Positions 11,818 through 26,740 of a stretch of 64,000 bases of DNA are shown piece after piece. Made by a program: the position numbers and the translations under genes. Position 1 is the stretch's first letter; the number at the start of each line of letters is the position of its first letter. The stretch spans positions 390,691 to 454,690 of the forward strand of contig ML996689.1 of NCBI GenBank assembly GCA_010356995.1, read 5' to 3'. Source of the DNA: Trichodelitschia bisporula (lineage: Eukaryota). A model generated the notes under the pieces. It was given only the letters and a program-made list of their open reading frames with translations. It had not been told where the DNA came from and did no database searches.

Positions 11818-14800
11818 CTATGGTTCATCTGGGTGGGTTTTGGCAAAGAGAAGCTTCATGTCCAGTGTCAGATCCTCGACTCCGTAATTTTCGTGGATGT
11901 CCACGACGCTGCCGATATCTTTGCCCTTGCTGAATGCGTCGCTGCTGACCCATGTGCGCACGGCCTTTAGGAGCTTCATGACCCAAGAAAGCCTTTTGTC
12001 GGCAGGCATAGAAGCGCTCAGCGGGCTGATTGAAGGTGAAAGGAACTGTAGCGCCATGTAGTAGTAATGAATACCGTCGCGACAGAACCCGATACGACGA
12101 TAGCTTGGCGGACCAGATGGTGTGCTCACGCCAGACTGGGGAGAAACGGAACCCGCGGTCCTGGGGTACTGCAGTTCAATGTCGATATCCCACATCCGTT
12201 TCCACTTCTCTAGTGCGAAGCGGAGCTGCCGCAGTTGCTGTTGTTGCTGTGCATGCTGAGAGGAAGGCGGCATCATAGCTTCAGCAGTGCCCATACTTGT
12301 CGTCGACTGGCCGCTCACAGAAGGCTTAACGTCGGCTGTGGCTGTGACCCACTCGTTTTGGCCCAAGGGAGTGCCCGGACCGCTTGACAGAGAGCCGTGG
12401 TTGAGATTGTTGATGGGGGAGCTGATCTGACGCTGGAACTGCCAAAGGTAAACATGCAGGGCGTGTACGAGGAGAAACTTGGAGTACACATTGGTGGTCC
12501 GAGGCTGGATCTCAACGCGCTGGTGGTAAAGGGCGCGAAGACTGGTATGGAATTCCGGCTGCTTCGAGTGGCGGCTGCCAGAAACATTGAGAGCTGCCTG
12601 GGACGCGGTGCCGTTGAGGCCAAGCGCGGTCATGCACTCAGTAGAGTCTTTGGCCTCCCAAGCGGCATCATCCGAAGGCAACGGAATCCGAATGTCCAGG
12701 GGGTCATACAAAGGAGGGTGGTTGAAGAATATAACAAGGGCGCAATCCATGAGATAGACGAGATACATGACTCGCACCCGCTTTTCTTGCTCGATCCACA
12801 CCGGCCAGTCAAATGAGGATGCGCTCAGGTCACTGTTCAGAGAGTGGAAGTTGCTGTAGCCAGGCTGACCGCACGGAATGGAGTGCAGAAGATTGCAGTG
12901 ACGGGCGATCTTAGCAAGCTTCCAGTATTCGTCCCGCGCAGAACGACGTTGACTGCTATTGCCGTGCCAAATAAACATGATCCCTAAAATCATGAGAGCG
13001 ATGATTCTGTCGACGTCTTGCGGAGAGCATGGGACCTCCGTGTGCACCGGAGCCTGGTCATCGGGAACTTGAGTGAGCGCAAAAATCCGAGAGGAGCGAT
13101 AGATGGCAGTACGAACGAGTTCCATGAGCCATCGCACCTCCAGGAGCTCGAGGCGATCCGAATAAATGGCACCGGCACTCAGCATAGCTAAGAGAAGACC
13201 CTCATCCGCCTGGTAAGCGCGGAAGGTGGGCAAGTGAATAACAGGCCAGTGGCTGTGGAAGTTGCGGAAAAGGGAGAGGAAATGTTTGATGTTCTCAGAA
13301 GTGAGGATGGCGGTTAGTTTCTCTTCGTTTCGAACGTCGTCGGGCGATGTCGAGCCTTTGCGGGGGCAGCAGAAGGCGATCAAAGCCGCGGCCTTTGCGT
13401 CATATGGGTCACCTATATCCCAAGTGTCAAAGGGCTGAATGGAAGCTGAGGTGGAGGAATTGGAATACAGGCCACTGAACTCGCCCCCGGCGGCGGTGCC
13501 GTCGGACCCGGACGAACTGTTGTCTTGCGACTGACGAGACATGCCGTTTCGAGGGGTCCCCACCCCCGTGCCTGAAGCGAACACCATGCCGTCGGATCCG
13601 TTCGTTTGGTACGTCGAGGACCAGCCTAGGTCGGGCACATGATTTTGCGTCGTTGACATGTGGTCGCGAGGGTACATGCCGTTCGGTGTGCCGTACGACC
13701 GCATCTGGGGGTTCCCGCTCATCGAGGCAGTGGGGGCTTGGGAGTAGGCATACGGATGCGAGCCCATCGGGAAGGGAGGAAGCGAAGCTGGTGCGGCATA
13801 CGCAGGGATGCTGGAGCTCGAAAAACCGTTCGTCACTGCCTGGCTTGTAAAATCCTTAAAATCCTGCTCATCATCGTAATTCTCGCGGCGTCCTTGATCG
13901 TATACCCCCTGCGTCATACTTTGCCTAGATATGCGTTCGATGCGTTCCGCCATGATGTGAGAGTTGTCCGTGTAGGTTTGCTGGTGCTGGGGCTGTTGCT
14001 GGGGTTGCTGCTGCCGGTGATCTCCTTGATGGTGCTGTTGCTGCAGATGTTGCTGGTGCTGGTGCTGGTGCTGCTGCTGTTGTTGTTGTTGTTGTTGTTG
14101 TTGTTGCTGCTGCTGCTGCTGCTGTTGTTCTGTAGGGTACCTGGGTATGTACGAAACAACGTTTGTCTGAAAGGTCGCAGTCTGCGACGGTATCGGCGCA
14201 GAGTTAAAGTCCGGTACGCTAGCGGTAGACCGGTTCCTTAAGTGGTTCCTCGCCCCTTCCAGATGGTTTGTATCGCCCGGGGTCCCACGACGTACCGAAC
14301 ACTTCTGAAAGTGGCGCTTAAGAATGTCGCTTCTTGAGAAAGTATCTTTGCAAAGCTTGCACGAATACGGTCGGTCACCGGTATCTGTCTGGGTCAGAAT
14401 CGCTCTTTCCACAAAATCGCAATAGACAACTCACGTCTCAGCATATGACGCTTCAGATGCTTCGCGTGCAAGTAGGTCTTTGTGCAGTGTGGACAAGGAA
14501 ACTTGCCGTCGGCATCCTTCACCGGAACAAGAGGCTTGCCCGAGGGAGCTGCCCGCCCAGGAGCACTTGGAAGAACTCCACGTCGCCCTTGTTGGCCGAC
14601 TACATGCACCGGGTCAGGCTCAAGCCCTCTCATCGTGGCTGGCATAAGTATAGCCTGAGTATAGTGGGGGAACGCAAAGTTTTCGCTTCCAGCGTTTGGG
14701 CGCGGGAGTATCGTCTGGTTTGGCAGGGAAGACGTCGCCGCTATCGATGAGGCTGACTGGGCAGACATGGACTGGACGGGGTTGTATGTCCCTGGGTGGA

Positions 14801-15104
14801 AAGGGTATGTGAAGGCAGGCTGGAGGATCCGGGGGGGGTTGATCCGCGCAGGTGGATAATGGTCGCCAGAAGGTGGGGTAGAGATGGATGTTGAGCCCGG
14901 GAGAGGTGGGGTTGGAGCGGGAGTGTGGGGATGACTGTTTGGATTGTACATTTGCTGATAGTGACCCGACATGCCCGCATTTGTGATGGGAGGCAATGTA
15001 TTGGACTGGCGTTGAGGAAGAGATTGCTGCTGACTCTGTTGCTGACTCTGATACTGGGACTCCGCCGATGGATTATGCGATGTTCCTTGCTGCGGGGTGT
15101 CCAT
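11818..15104 (-). CDS. C2H2 zinc-finger transcription factor with fungal TF middle-homology region (RfeC-like)
   Basis: FPCPHCTKTYLHAKHLKRHMLRH-TGDRPYSCKLCKDTFSRSDILKRHFQKC, joined across intron 14385-14434. Also FHSHWPVIHLPTF, WIEQEKRVR and LPSDDAAWEA, plus a polyQ tract. ATG at 15104 (MDTPQQG). Confidence 0.9.
14070..14129 (-). repeat. CAG/CAA trinucleotide repeat encoding about 20 Gln
   Basis: (ctg)n(ttg)n(ctg)n run on the + strand inside the TF CDS. Confidence 0.9.
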
Positions 15105-18100
15105 AGTCGGATGCTCTTCGTCGGATACCACGGCCAGTGAGGATGAAGGTAAGGAGACTTCTGGATGAGTGCCGTCGGCGCATTCGAACAGAGACTGGAA
15201 GTAGCGATTTGAATGGCTTGCGCAACGATGAATGTGATTCTGAGATGAATGCGAACCCCCTACCTGATAGGATTCAGCGGAGCAGATGGGGTTTCGGCAG
15301 GCAACCGAACTTGACGGGTCACGAAGCTGGAGCGTGGCGGAGGGCAGGAAGGCGGACCGGGAGAAGGGAGCTAGAAACCGAGAGTTTGGTTCCGGGAAAG
15401 AAGAAACTGCTAGTCCTAGCACCTTTACTAAAGAAAAGCCGTCGGTTCGGAGATGGATCCTGCTGATTGCCCGTGCTTTTACCGCGCTGGCCTGATAGGG
15501 ACTGAGCCGAAATGCCAGAACCGGCACGCCGTTGGTCGGGTGGCGGACAGGGGTCAGGCTAGGGCGGGTGGCAGTTGCCGCTGACGGTAGGAGGGGCCAA
15601 ATGTGTTTGCGCAGGACGATGACCGAAGCGATTGAGCGGTATCGATATCCAGAAGTCGTCTCTCCTTGAAGGATGCACGATGTCCTCGTGGGTCGGCTCG
15701 CGTGGCCTCCGTGGTCGATCCAGGAACGGAGAGGTGGAGAACAGAGGCGCGTTCTGCTGTACAAGGACCCACTAACAAAAATGTGGTTCCTGAGTCTTTA
15801 AGCGTGAATGTGCAAAGTGGGTCGGAAGCTTGATGACGAGAGGACCGCAGGGGGGAGGGGAAGCTTTGCCTAGCGCTAGTCGTATTTGCACTGGCAAGCT
15901 AGAGAGAAACGGCGGAATGGCAGAGGCGCAAGTCCGGAGCTGAGGAAGGAGAAAGTTTTGATGCGAACCTGGAACGATATCCTGTCCTCGGGTAGGGTGC
16001 AGAATCAATCAGATATTTTGGTGGAGATACAAAGTTCAGGATGCACATGGAGTCGAACACGTGCGTAGGCCGGGGATTTGATTCCTTCGATGGGGAATTG
16101 TTCCTCCGGTGGGGTACTGGAGATGCTATCGATTCTGATCTTGGTTGGCCGAGATGGAGAAGTGCGGGAGAGTGGATTCGAAATGGAGCTGGGGCGTGAG
16201 GGGCTATTGAAGTGCTGTACTGCAAAAAAACGTGGGTGTACTGGGGAGTCGTGGACGTGGACGTGTACGTAGTACAACAAATGAACGAAAAGAGCTGACG
16301 TTGACGTTGATGCTCCTCTTTTCGGTCGGAGCTGCTGTGGTAAAGGAACGCACGCTCAGGCGTGATAGAAAGCGCGACGCCGGAGGGTGGGAAATATCGA
16401 TACCCTTAGAAAGACAATGAGATGATAAGGCTCCAGGCCCAGGCAAGAAGGAGCGATACCCAGGGGGGTCGGATGGATTGGGTGGTAGTGGCCTTACTGC
16501 CGTACCGAAGAATCCTGTACTGAAGATCCGGACCACGGAAGCACTTGGATCCTTTTCCCCATAGGCTGCGTCAGCAGTTGGCCCTGTACCGTAGACTACA
16601 CGCCAGCTACCGAAGAGACCTCGGGGCGCAAGCTTAGGGCGCCCGGACTGTAGTCTTGAAGGGACTTCGCGTGGCCGAGATGAAACAAGCGCGCTGGTTA
16701 TAAAACTGGGGGAGGGGAGTATGATGGTCCTGCTCTTCTCTCTCTCTGGCGCAGGCGGCTCTGAGTGTGGGTTGGAGGGAGGTAGAAAAGAGAACGTGCA
16801 AGTGAGAGAAAGGGGAAGAGGAAGAGAAACGTACACACACAGCTTGAGCTATGTAGAAAAGGGAGAGGGTGAGAGGGAAGAGGGGGGGTTGAAAACGGGT
16901 GGATGGAGGCAGAGCGATGATCGAAGAGCGAGTGTGCAAAGCGTGAGATGGCCAAGGACGAACCTCTACTTCCACGTGCACCATACACCATACACCAACA
17001 CCACCCAAAGGCACGAGCAGCAAGGCAGCGCGCAGGTATGCCTGAGAGACTGAGGAACGCGGGGGGATTTGAAGGGGAGCCGCGGTGGTAAGGCAGGTAA
17101 TTATCCAAAATTACGTGTGATTATGGCGATGAAGCAGAGGAACGGCTACGACGTCTGAATCGATCCAGCTTCACGCTCATCAAAAATGACCGACGTGAAG
17201 AACGACAGAAGGAAGTCGAGGAAGAAAAGGCTGACGCCCGAGTAAAGTCCGCTCACACGCATGGTTCTGCTGAAGAAGGCAAACGCCCCCCCCCTCTCCC
17301 TTTCTCACCCCTCCGTCATCACGCACTTCTCACTTCCAATCCTCACTTCTTTCCCCTCCCCCCCCAGAGCCGTTGGCGCTGCGTGAACCTTGCAGCTGTT
17401 CTGCTGGGTACGAGGCCGAAAAAAGCCTACTCCGATGCGCCTTCTGCACTGCAACTCCAGATACGCGGAAGTGCCGCCGCCTCAAAAATCACATGGGCTC
17501 CCCAGTCATCGAAGGCTTGAAGCTTGCTCGACGCCATTTTGACCAGCCCAGGGTTCGTCATATCGAACTCCAAAACGGCTTGAGTCTTGACTTTCTCTTT
17601 CATTTTCTTTGATGCAGGCGGGAGACGGGCAATGCCGATACGGCAAGGTTTCTTTTTTTTCTGCCACTAACGGGCATGCGGATATGCAACTATTTTTGCA
17701 ATGCATCCCTAACCTGCTCATCCTAGCTTCTGCCACTGCGGATCGATTTCAACGGGCTATTGCATCGCTGGCGGCGCGCGTTAACAACCCCTCACAAACT
17801 CGAAGGGCGAGGGAACTGCAGGCGAGGGGAAGGCGAAAGAGGAGAAAATCTGCGCGGTTGGCGCTTTGCCGTCTCAACCGCGGAATTAATGCCATGCCTA
17901 TTTTCCGCTTCAGCTTGGCTCCTGTCCGAGATGACGATGAGGTTGTCTAGCCTGGACCCAGCGCATATTAGAACTAGTTTGCGGTCTACGAGCTGCGGTC
18001 TGGTATCTTGGACTTCCGCGAGATAGACTCTTTTGCTAGGCTGCTTGGGCTGGGCGACGGACTTGGTTCAGCTCTTTTGACGCGAGGCTCAGGAAAAGGC

Positions 18101-21100
18101 AGTTTTATCCTGGCCACTCCCTTTTCCGCGACATGCCGCACAGCCAATCAACAACTCGAATCGCTGACCTACCCATGGCTAGCGCCGAACGCACAGATGC
18201 TGCTTTGACGTCCGCTTGCTCACGGTGCGCAGGGAAGAGAAAAAAGGTTGAACTTGTGAAATCAGATGTGAAGAACACCGGGATAGGGATGGCCAACCTG
18301 CAAAGAGCAAGCATCGTCTACCCAGTGTCATAAACCGCTTCGATCGTCGCAAGCCCATGATACGAAATGAGCCAGTAGCAGCATCTTTCTTCCCTCATCC
18401 GAAACCTTTTGGACGTCTCTCATTGCCAAAATAATCCATCTCCAGCGTGGTATTATTATGCCTTTTCATCATCAATCGGCAAGCAAATACATCCGTAGAG
18501 CACATTCTCCTTGGGGGAATCCCTTAAACCCGACAGCTATGACTCCTCGCAATTAGTACATCCTCTTTCAGGGCCTTGCCTTGTCTGTCACAAAGTCGTA
18601 AAATGCCGTAAGATGATCCTCTGGTCAGATTTGCTTGGCTCTCATCCCTCCAAACGTGCTCTCGTCTCGGCGCCTGTTGATGATGGCTGGATAGTGTGTC
18701 TGCCTGGGCTGCTAGTTGGCCGAAGGCCTTTTCTCCGCGCTTCCCGTGAGACTGGCCGTGCGACGACCTGCGCGTGCAGCGCAGAAAACGAGCATATGGC
18801 ACTTGCAGCAAGTTGCAGGCTTGCAGTCTGCGGCTGGTGTGTGTGTGACTGTAGCCGACTATGCTGGTGAGGGTAGCAACATCGTCGCCCACATGCGCCT
18901 GGGCGTCTTGGAACTTCCTCAATGGAGTGCGCGCCAATAGCCTCGTCAAAGCAAGGCAAGCCATTGAGCAACGCATCCAAAGTCAATTGCTCGACCAAGA
19001 AGCCCTGGCGCATGCACCGCGCTGCTGGCCAGTCTGGAATATGCATATGCGCCCGTGGACCGTGCCAGAGCTTTGTGAACTGGCCGACGGGTAGTCAAGC
19101 CCGTTGTCGGACCCGGCACTGGCCTCTTTTGCGGCCTCTTTCCGATAGCCTATCCCACCAACTACCGTACAGTACATACGGGAGTTTGACAGCCGCCAGC
19201 CGCCAGTGAGAAATATTCCTAATCCTGGAAACACTAACAGCAGCGCCCTCAACGCCCGCCGCCCTGGCCGGCAGGTCCCAACACGCGGCCGCGTCGCGGC
19301 CGCGTCCCTCGCACTCTCGGGAATGACTTGCACATCGCTGACTGGGGGGTGCGCTGGAGGCGCAGGGCGCCAGCGCCAGTGGTGCAAGCCACTGCAAGCC
19401 GCAGGCGGCGCCATGACCGCCTTCTTGGCCCACAGCTTCAATTCCATGTCGACTTCGGGTTCTGGGCCTTGGGCGCAGCAATTGTCATTGGCCGATGAGT
19501 TCGTGGCGACTTGCGTTCTAATGCGTGTCCGCGGTCATTTTGCCTGTTCCGGTTGAGCAGGTTTGATTGCGCCTTTTTGGCTGAGGGATGGAGCGTTGAA
19601 TTTGCTGAAGCGGTGACTCTCGGGCCATCGGGTGGTCGTCAGCTCCGAACTCTCTCCCCGGGACTACCGCCTCCAGCGGGCTTGGCTTCTGGGCGATATG
19701 CGTTCGGCCTCCGGCTCAGCTCACCGATCGCGATGGAGGATTTTGTGTGCGGATGCACAAGGGATCGATGTTAGTTATGGAAGTCTTTGGGCCTTCAATG
19801 CTCCGAGGTCGGACGCCTACAGATTGGATCACTCTACGGTAGTTAATGCACTCCTCTGTTTCTCACGGTGGCAATCACATGATCAAGGAGAGCGGTTCCC
19901 CCCAGGCTCCGTGTTTCGAAGTGTGTTGTACAGATCCATCCGTTGCCTTCGGTCCATCGGCACGCAAAGCCTATCCAACGAAGACTCGAGGACGACGGGA
20001 AACCCTCCAATCTAAAACCACATGTGCGATGCCTGCTGTTACTGTGAGCCAACCGAACGGCGCATCTCCATTCTCCAAAGACCAACCGCAGGTGGATATG
20101 AGCTTGCCAGCTGTAACACGATTCGCGCTTCCGACGACGTCAGGATCACTGATGATTGACGAGAATCGCCTTTGAGCAGGGGAAGCTTCCCCGTCATACC
20201 TGTTCGGGGAAGCGTGCCACACATTTCCTTCGACCCCATGAACTCATCGCGATCCCGCGGTCTCAAGGACCCGCAGACAACAACCTAGACCCGGGTGGAT
20301 ATGTCACGATCGATGGAGTGCGGCGCCACACGTTTGCCCCGCGCAAGAAGCGGAGCACATGGGGATTAGGCACTCGGATCCACCGTGGATCCCCTAACCC
20401 ACGACCCGTTGCGCGGGCACGGCGGGTTCCACCTCTTCACTGTTCTCCCGCGTTTGTACTCCACAATTTTGCTGCACTTCCGTCGCTGACGTTTCTTTGG
20501 AATTTTTAGTTCACAGGTGAACTTTCATCCTATTGGAGCGGGAGCATCCTTTGGTGTTGTGGATCTTCTGCACCTCGTACTCTCACGGCACTTGCAACGG
20601 ATGCTCACGGGCCTTGCAGTTGGAGCAGGTGGGCAGGTTAGCCCTTAAATTCAGGTGTGGCGCACACGCTGCGCTCACGATAATGTGCGGTTTCCCGATA
20701 CTCTTAAACAGACAGTGCGCTGTGTTTCGCGAGTGAGATCTGCTTGGGGCTGTCTTCCTCGCCCTAAAGAGTTCCGTGGCTAAAGATGCGGGATCCGGAC
20801 TGGGGCATTTGATATTCGATTTGTCAGACACAGGATACGTACACAACAGGAAAATGCCGTTTCATCCCACTGAGAACAACGGCCGCTGACTCTCGAACGT
20901 CTCTCATCTGCTCACATGATGGAATCTGCCATACGACGTTTTTCAGCTCGCCACAATTGGACCGAGGTTGTGACCGGCGTGTCCCTTGGATTATGGATCC
21001 GTCAGAAATGACCCTGACCGACTTACGGATCTCGAACATCCGCACAGACATCGCAGATACATCTCCAGATGGAACATTGCATGATGTGAGCTTACACGTC

Positions 21101-24061
21101 TGCTCGCACAGACTCTCGGTCTTCCCGGCTTCGCAGCACTGCAGCGCCAGCTCATCAGCCCCAACCGCAGGGAGACTGATGCCTGGAATGAGCGGTCAAC
21201 GTGCGGTTGCGGTATGACATCGTCCCTGGATCCCGAACAGCAATATGGAAGTCGAATGACTCAGCATAGTGCACACAAGGGTATCGGCTAAACAAAATGA
21301 TAACATCGAGTAGGTCTTCACCGCAAGCCCGCTGATCGCCATCGAAATCCGTTTCAGCGCCGGTCAACAAAATGGTACGGTAGATGCGAATTTGCCGGGG
21401 GTTTCTCCGAGGATGTGGAAGTGGCGAGCGGGAAGCCGGGATCTTGATCGACGCCACGGCAAGGGCAAGACGACAGAGGTTGGGACCATTTATTCCTCTC
21501 CTTAAATGTACCGCTCAACTCCATCATTCTACGTTTGCCTGGAATGTGGACATAGTGACAGTAACATCTGGAAGTAGTAGGTCCGATCCGCCTCTTCAGG
21601 CTCCGTTTTGCTCCCGCCACATATCGCCCGCCAGCCGATTGAGCGGTTGCCGCACCACCTCATAGCCTCAAAGCTGGCGTTCATACCTGTACGCCTACTG
21701 TGGGCGAAAGAGTTCGATGGTCTCCACAACACCGATCGAGCTCATTCCGGGAACAATCTTTATTTCTACATTGTGCCGATTGAAGATCCGCTGCAACTCC
21801 TTCACCATATCCTCAACAAAGGAGACCAGACTTTCGGGGAGCGGAGGAATGTATTGACGTCCTCCAAGTGATGGCCGAAATTCAGGAGACTGGAATCAAG
21901 CGCGAGGCAGTTTGGAACATCACAGGCGTGCCAAGCTAGCAAGTCAGATCGATTCAGTCCTAAAGTTCTGGGCTCAGGACGACTTGTCGGCGGGAAAGGT
22001 GACATGCTAAACAAACACATCAATCGCGTCATCGATGCTCGGTCCGGATGTGAGCACATCCGAGCAACGCTTGTGCCTCCTAACTCCGGTAGGGACGTGG
22101 TCAGACAGTGCACGCTTTCCCGACCAGATATTGACAAGGCTGAAAATCTCACAGATGGACGTCTAGACGGTGACGAATTTTCGCAGAGACTCCAACACTG
22201 GCAAGCGCCATTGGGGACCTGGATCTCTTTGAGCCCGCCGACGTCGACTTTTCGGGCTGCGACCCGAAAAAAAATCCAGGCGTGGCGGTCCGGGGCGGTC
22301 CGTCATACGCCGACATACGTATTTCAACCCTGAAGAGATCCTAGTGTCATACCATCGCTAGATCAATTCAACCAATTTCCAATGGGACGACTTGAAAGCT
22401 CTCCACGCCTGGACCGCGGCGGTGTTCTAGGTCCATGTCGGTGGGGGCCTCTTAACGGACAGAACCCGGGCCACGTCTTCGCATCATCGGGATGAAAGGC
22501 TGCCGGCGAACGCAAAACCAGTGGAAGTCATTCTAGTCAGCATCGAATAGCAGCCTAGACCTCACCGTGCAGAATCCAAGTCAGGAGAGCCTCTTCGCCT
22601 TGAGACATGTGAAGCCTACACCATGGATGTCAGCCAGAATAGCTTAGATATCGGAGTAGCACATGGCCTGTAGAAAATACTTTTGTGGATCCGCATATGT
22701 TTCCTAAGAGGAACTCAGCAGCTGTTTCTTTTCTAGAATTTCTTTTTCCATTCTCACCTCATTGTCCAGCTTTGCCGCCCTTAACCGAGAGACCGATGTG
22801 TCGTCGAGGCGTTCCACGGAGTTTCGGCAGGAGCGCAGAGATACAGCGGGTTAGATCACTTCAGCAATGGCGGGAGGGAGCACAAACTGCGATGTAGTAG
22901 CCACGATGGGCATTTAAGGCGAAATCCTGAAAGCCTGGAGTTGTACTTATGTGTCTCAGCATTAGCAGCGGCACACCGCTTGCAGATGGCCACAATTCCG
23001 CTTCGTCGTTGTCCAGCTGGGAATCTCAGGACTGGTCTAGAGCTAATGGACTGGTCTGGAACTAATGGACTCCCATCTTAACTCCAGTACTCATGCTGAA
23101 TCTTGAGTGATAAGCTCACAAACCCAATGTCTTCCTTCGGGCATTTAGTCGGCACGGCACGGCAGTACCAAGAAGAATCATCAGGTTCAAGGGAGAGGGC
23201 AGCTTACACGACTCAACCAGCCGATAATCCCATTCCTAAACCGTAAAACTCTAACTACCATTTCTCCTACTGGTATTTTAGTCAGCACATATCCTCAATC
23301 CCACATAGCAAGCATCCTACCGCATGTCGGCTGTCGCGCCACAAAACCCCTGCCGTTTACTCTGAGCCTGACATGCACACCAGGTTCTCCCTACACGGCA
23401 TTAGCATACTGAACGCCAACGACCAAGTCCAGAGGTGGCATGCTATGTGTGGCAACGTCCAGTGGCGGGACGGGGTTACGGGGTTTAGCCGCGCGGACGA
23501 ACCATCGCAGGTGTCGGGACAGCACTTCGGGAATAATCCGGAGATGGAAGATCATTGCTGCCTACTGTAAGTTGTTGCATGCTTCGCGCTCAACAGATGC
23601 ACGCCGAGAGAGTTGATGTCAAGGCTAAGAGCTCTCTGCTGTGTATTTGTTTGTCCTTATGGGTTCGTTGGAAAGGGTGGGTGCCTTGCTGTTCTTAAGA
23701 TGGCAGAGATAGCGATCCTCATTCGCATAGCAACGAGGAAGTGACGGGAGTGTGCACCAAGCGAAATATGAGCAGTATTAGGCTCCCTTGCCTGATAGCA
23801 AGAACGATTTGTACATCACACTTTGGTCCCCTACACCAGTCGAGCCGTCAAACACAAAAAACGCCGGATTGCGTGGCCTACCCAAACCAGAAAACCAAGC
23901 ACGCAAACAGCGCAATAACGCAGAAGGAGAGCTAATGCTACAGTCGACCCGAGCTCTGGGCCCGCGAATAAATCTCAGGACCGAAGTGTAAGCGCATTGC
24001 AACCCCAAGCCCTCTTGCACTACCGGTACACCCTCCATACCTCTTCTTCTTCCGCGCAAGT

Positions 24062-26319
24062 TCAGTCTGTCTTGCCCCCAACCGATGGGCCCCCGAAGAT
24101 TCCTTTCTCTCCATCCAGCTGAATGAAACCTCCCGACCACCGCCGACGACGGCGCGTGAACACCACACCGCCAGCGACGATGGCGCTAAGTAGGAGGAAA
24201 GAAACTAGAGGATGGTAAGAGAGCATATTGCGGAAGCTGTAGAACAAATGTCCGATGCGCGAGGTGGTCGATTTCGGAGCGATCTTTGGCGGGTTAGCGA
24301 TGACCTTCGGCAGCGTCTCGAGGATGGACGTCCGCGATGGTACGATGGGGTTCCCAGTGATGGTTGTATCCCAGTAGCGGTGATTCTGCACTTGTTAGCC
24401 CAAGCCAGCTGAGAGAAATTCAGGATCCAAACCTCGTCATCGTTGATAATGACCCGCTCGCCGTCCTTGACATCAATACCGTATGTCGTCCGAATCCACC
24501 TCTCCCAGAACACGCCATCCACCCATGCGAACGCAACTGGCTTTTTCTGGAAATCGTCCATGTTGATGCGAATCGCCTTCGCGGCCCTCAGGGCGCGCTG
24601 GTCATTTCTGTCTTCCGCCTCTTCAATGCGCAACTGTTTCGCATCACGCAGTTCCTGGCGCTCAAGCTGCATGGCATGCGCCTGCTTGTCGATCCATTCC
24701 AGTGCCGCGTTCTTGATCTCGCGCCGTGCGATAATGAACTCGTCACTGCGCAGGCGGGACAGGACGCCCAGCACCACGATCTTACCGTTCATGATCTCGT
24801 GCGCATTGCTTGCCGTTAGCTCCGGGACAATGGGCTGCCATACAGTGCGCATCCATCCCAGGATCTTGCGGTAGTCTCGCATGTCCTTGGGTGCAAGGTA
24901 CGTGTAGTAGCTCGGCTTCCCGTCACGCGAAACCATCAAGCGCGGCCATGTCGAGATCTTGAAGCGTTTCGCGAGCTGCGGGTCCTTGGTTTTGACGAGC
25001 TTGGCGTGACCGATCAGACTGAGGGTCAAGCGATCCAGAGCTAAAAAGTCCTCGGAGGTGGTCGCATGGTCGTAAAAGTAGACGAAGATAACCTCTTCGG
25101 TTTTCTCCAGCTCCTCGAACGCGGGTGCATCAATGTCGGGCACACCGGATCCCACATCCACCGCCTTCTTCGCAAACGTAATCAGATCGCCAACGCCACG
25201 TAGGCCGTTATACTCAACTCGTTCGCCACCGCGGAAGAAGAGCGTGGTAGGATATCCATGAATCTTCGCATCTTTGCACAACCGCTTCTCCACATCGCAG
25301 TTGACCTCGCCGACATTAAGAACACCTTTCATTTCGCGCGCCATTTCAGCCCAGTTGGGGTACATGGCCTGGCAATGTGTGCACCACGGAGCATAGAACT
25401 TCACGAACCACGGGTCTAACGTCGTAGTCACAGCCTTCTGGAACGATTCCGCAGTCAGGGGAACCGACTTCCCGAATGGGTTGGGGGCATCCTTTCCTTT
25501 GAGGACGGGCTTCATTGCAGCGGCAGACTTCTTAGGCGCAGCCACATCGGAGGCCTTCGCCTTGGTCGACGCCTTCGCGGATGCTTTTGCGGTAGCCACA
25601 GCAGCGTTGTGCTTCGACGCGGCAGCCGAGCCTGCGGCGGGGTCCTTGTCCTTGGCCTCTGGATTCTCCGGCTTACCGCCGTCGACCGACTTCGCGCCGA
25701 CCTTAGGCAACTTAGGACCTTCCTTGGGTCGAGAGCCGGGACGGATAGACTCGAGAACCTCCTCAACCCACTTGCTCATCTCTTTAAGTTCCCGGGTACC
25801 GGTTACTTTCTTGACCTCTTTGCCATCTTTGAACAGGATGATCGTGGGGTAGCTCTGAGCGTTTTTGGCTGTGCATGCGGATCCGAAGGCGACGCAGTCG
25901 ACCTTACCGAAATGGAAATCGTAGTAGCGGGTGAACGAGTTGAGATCTTTGGTTGAGTCTTTCGTGCTTTGTACAGGCTGCAAGGTGTAGTAGAATTCGT
26001 ATAGGGTCTGCCATGTTGGCGCAAAGTATTGGCAGTGATGGCACCAAGGCGAGTAGAACTCCACGAGCCTGCTTGATTAGTACCAAATGATGGGAAGTCG
26101 GCTTGCCTACCAGTAACCCTTCTTGATATCCTGATCTAACGTCGTTCCACTCAGCTGCGGCAGCGGTGGGACCTCCTTGCCGTTGAAAAATGTGCTTGTC
26201 GTTTCAGGATCGGCGGTCGACTTCGCGGCAGCGACGGTCGATTTCGCAGGCGCCTGTTGCGGCGCACTCAGAGCTCTCTGAGAAAGCCCCAAGACTCCCA
26301 GCAACCACAGGAGCTTCAT
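24062..26319 (-). CDS. EPS1: Membrane-anchored multi-thioredoxin-domain protein disulfide isomerase (Eps1-like)
   Basis: Signal peptide MKLLWLLGVLGLSQRALS, active sites EFYSPWCHHC and KFYAPWCTHC, and a C-terminal TM helix followed by RRRRR and GKTD. Two introns (about 26070-26110 and 24389-24432). Confidence 0.85.
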
Positions 26320-26740
26320 GATGAGCGTCGCGCGTATATCTCGATAAGGACGGGAGGTTCGGAATGGCCGTCGGAGGCCTACGGGCTAAGTGAGGTCGCG
26401 ACAGCACGGGGTATGGTGGGCATTAGAATCCGTTCAGAAGTGTGTGCGGGCCTTATCGCAGGCAGATCGTTAGATTGGCAACAAAGTATCTACCAGAGAC
26501 AAGGAGGGTTGATGTGGCGGGGTCGTCGCAAGAGTAATAGGGAGAGTCGTGTGCACGTATCCTTTTTGGCGTAGGTTTGGGAGTTGATCCTGATTCGAGC
26601 TCTGATTCGTTGCACTCAGGAGAGCCGCATCGACGTGCCAAGCAATCCGGTAGCCACAGCTCTCCGATCTCCATCACCACCATTTGCGCCCGCATTGCCA
26701 ACTCTCTACGATCAATCGGCAACGATAGTCTACCACCACG

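Noticed and set aside
13660..14241. Poly-Leu ORF (and the poly-Ser/Asn ORF at 13914-14159)
   Set aside because: These are antisense or alternative-frame shadows of the transcription factor's polyQ tract.
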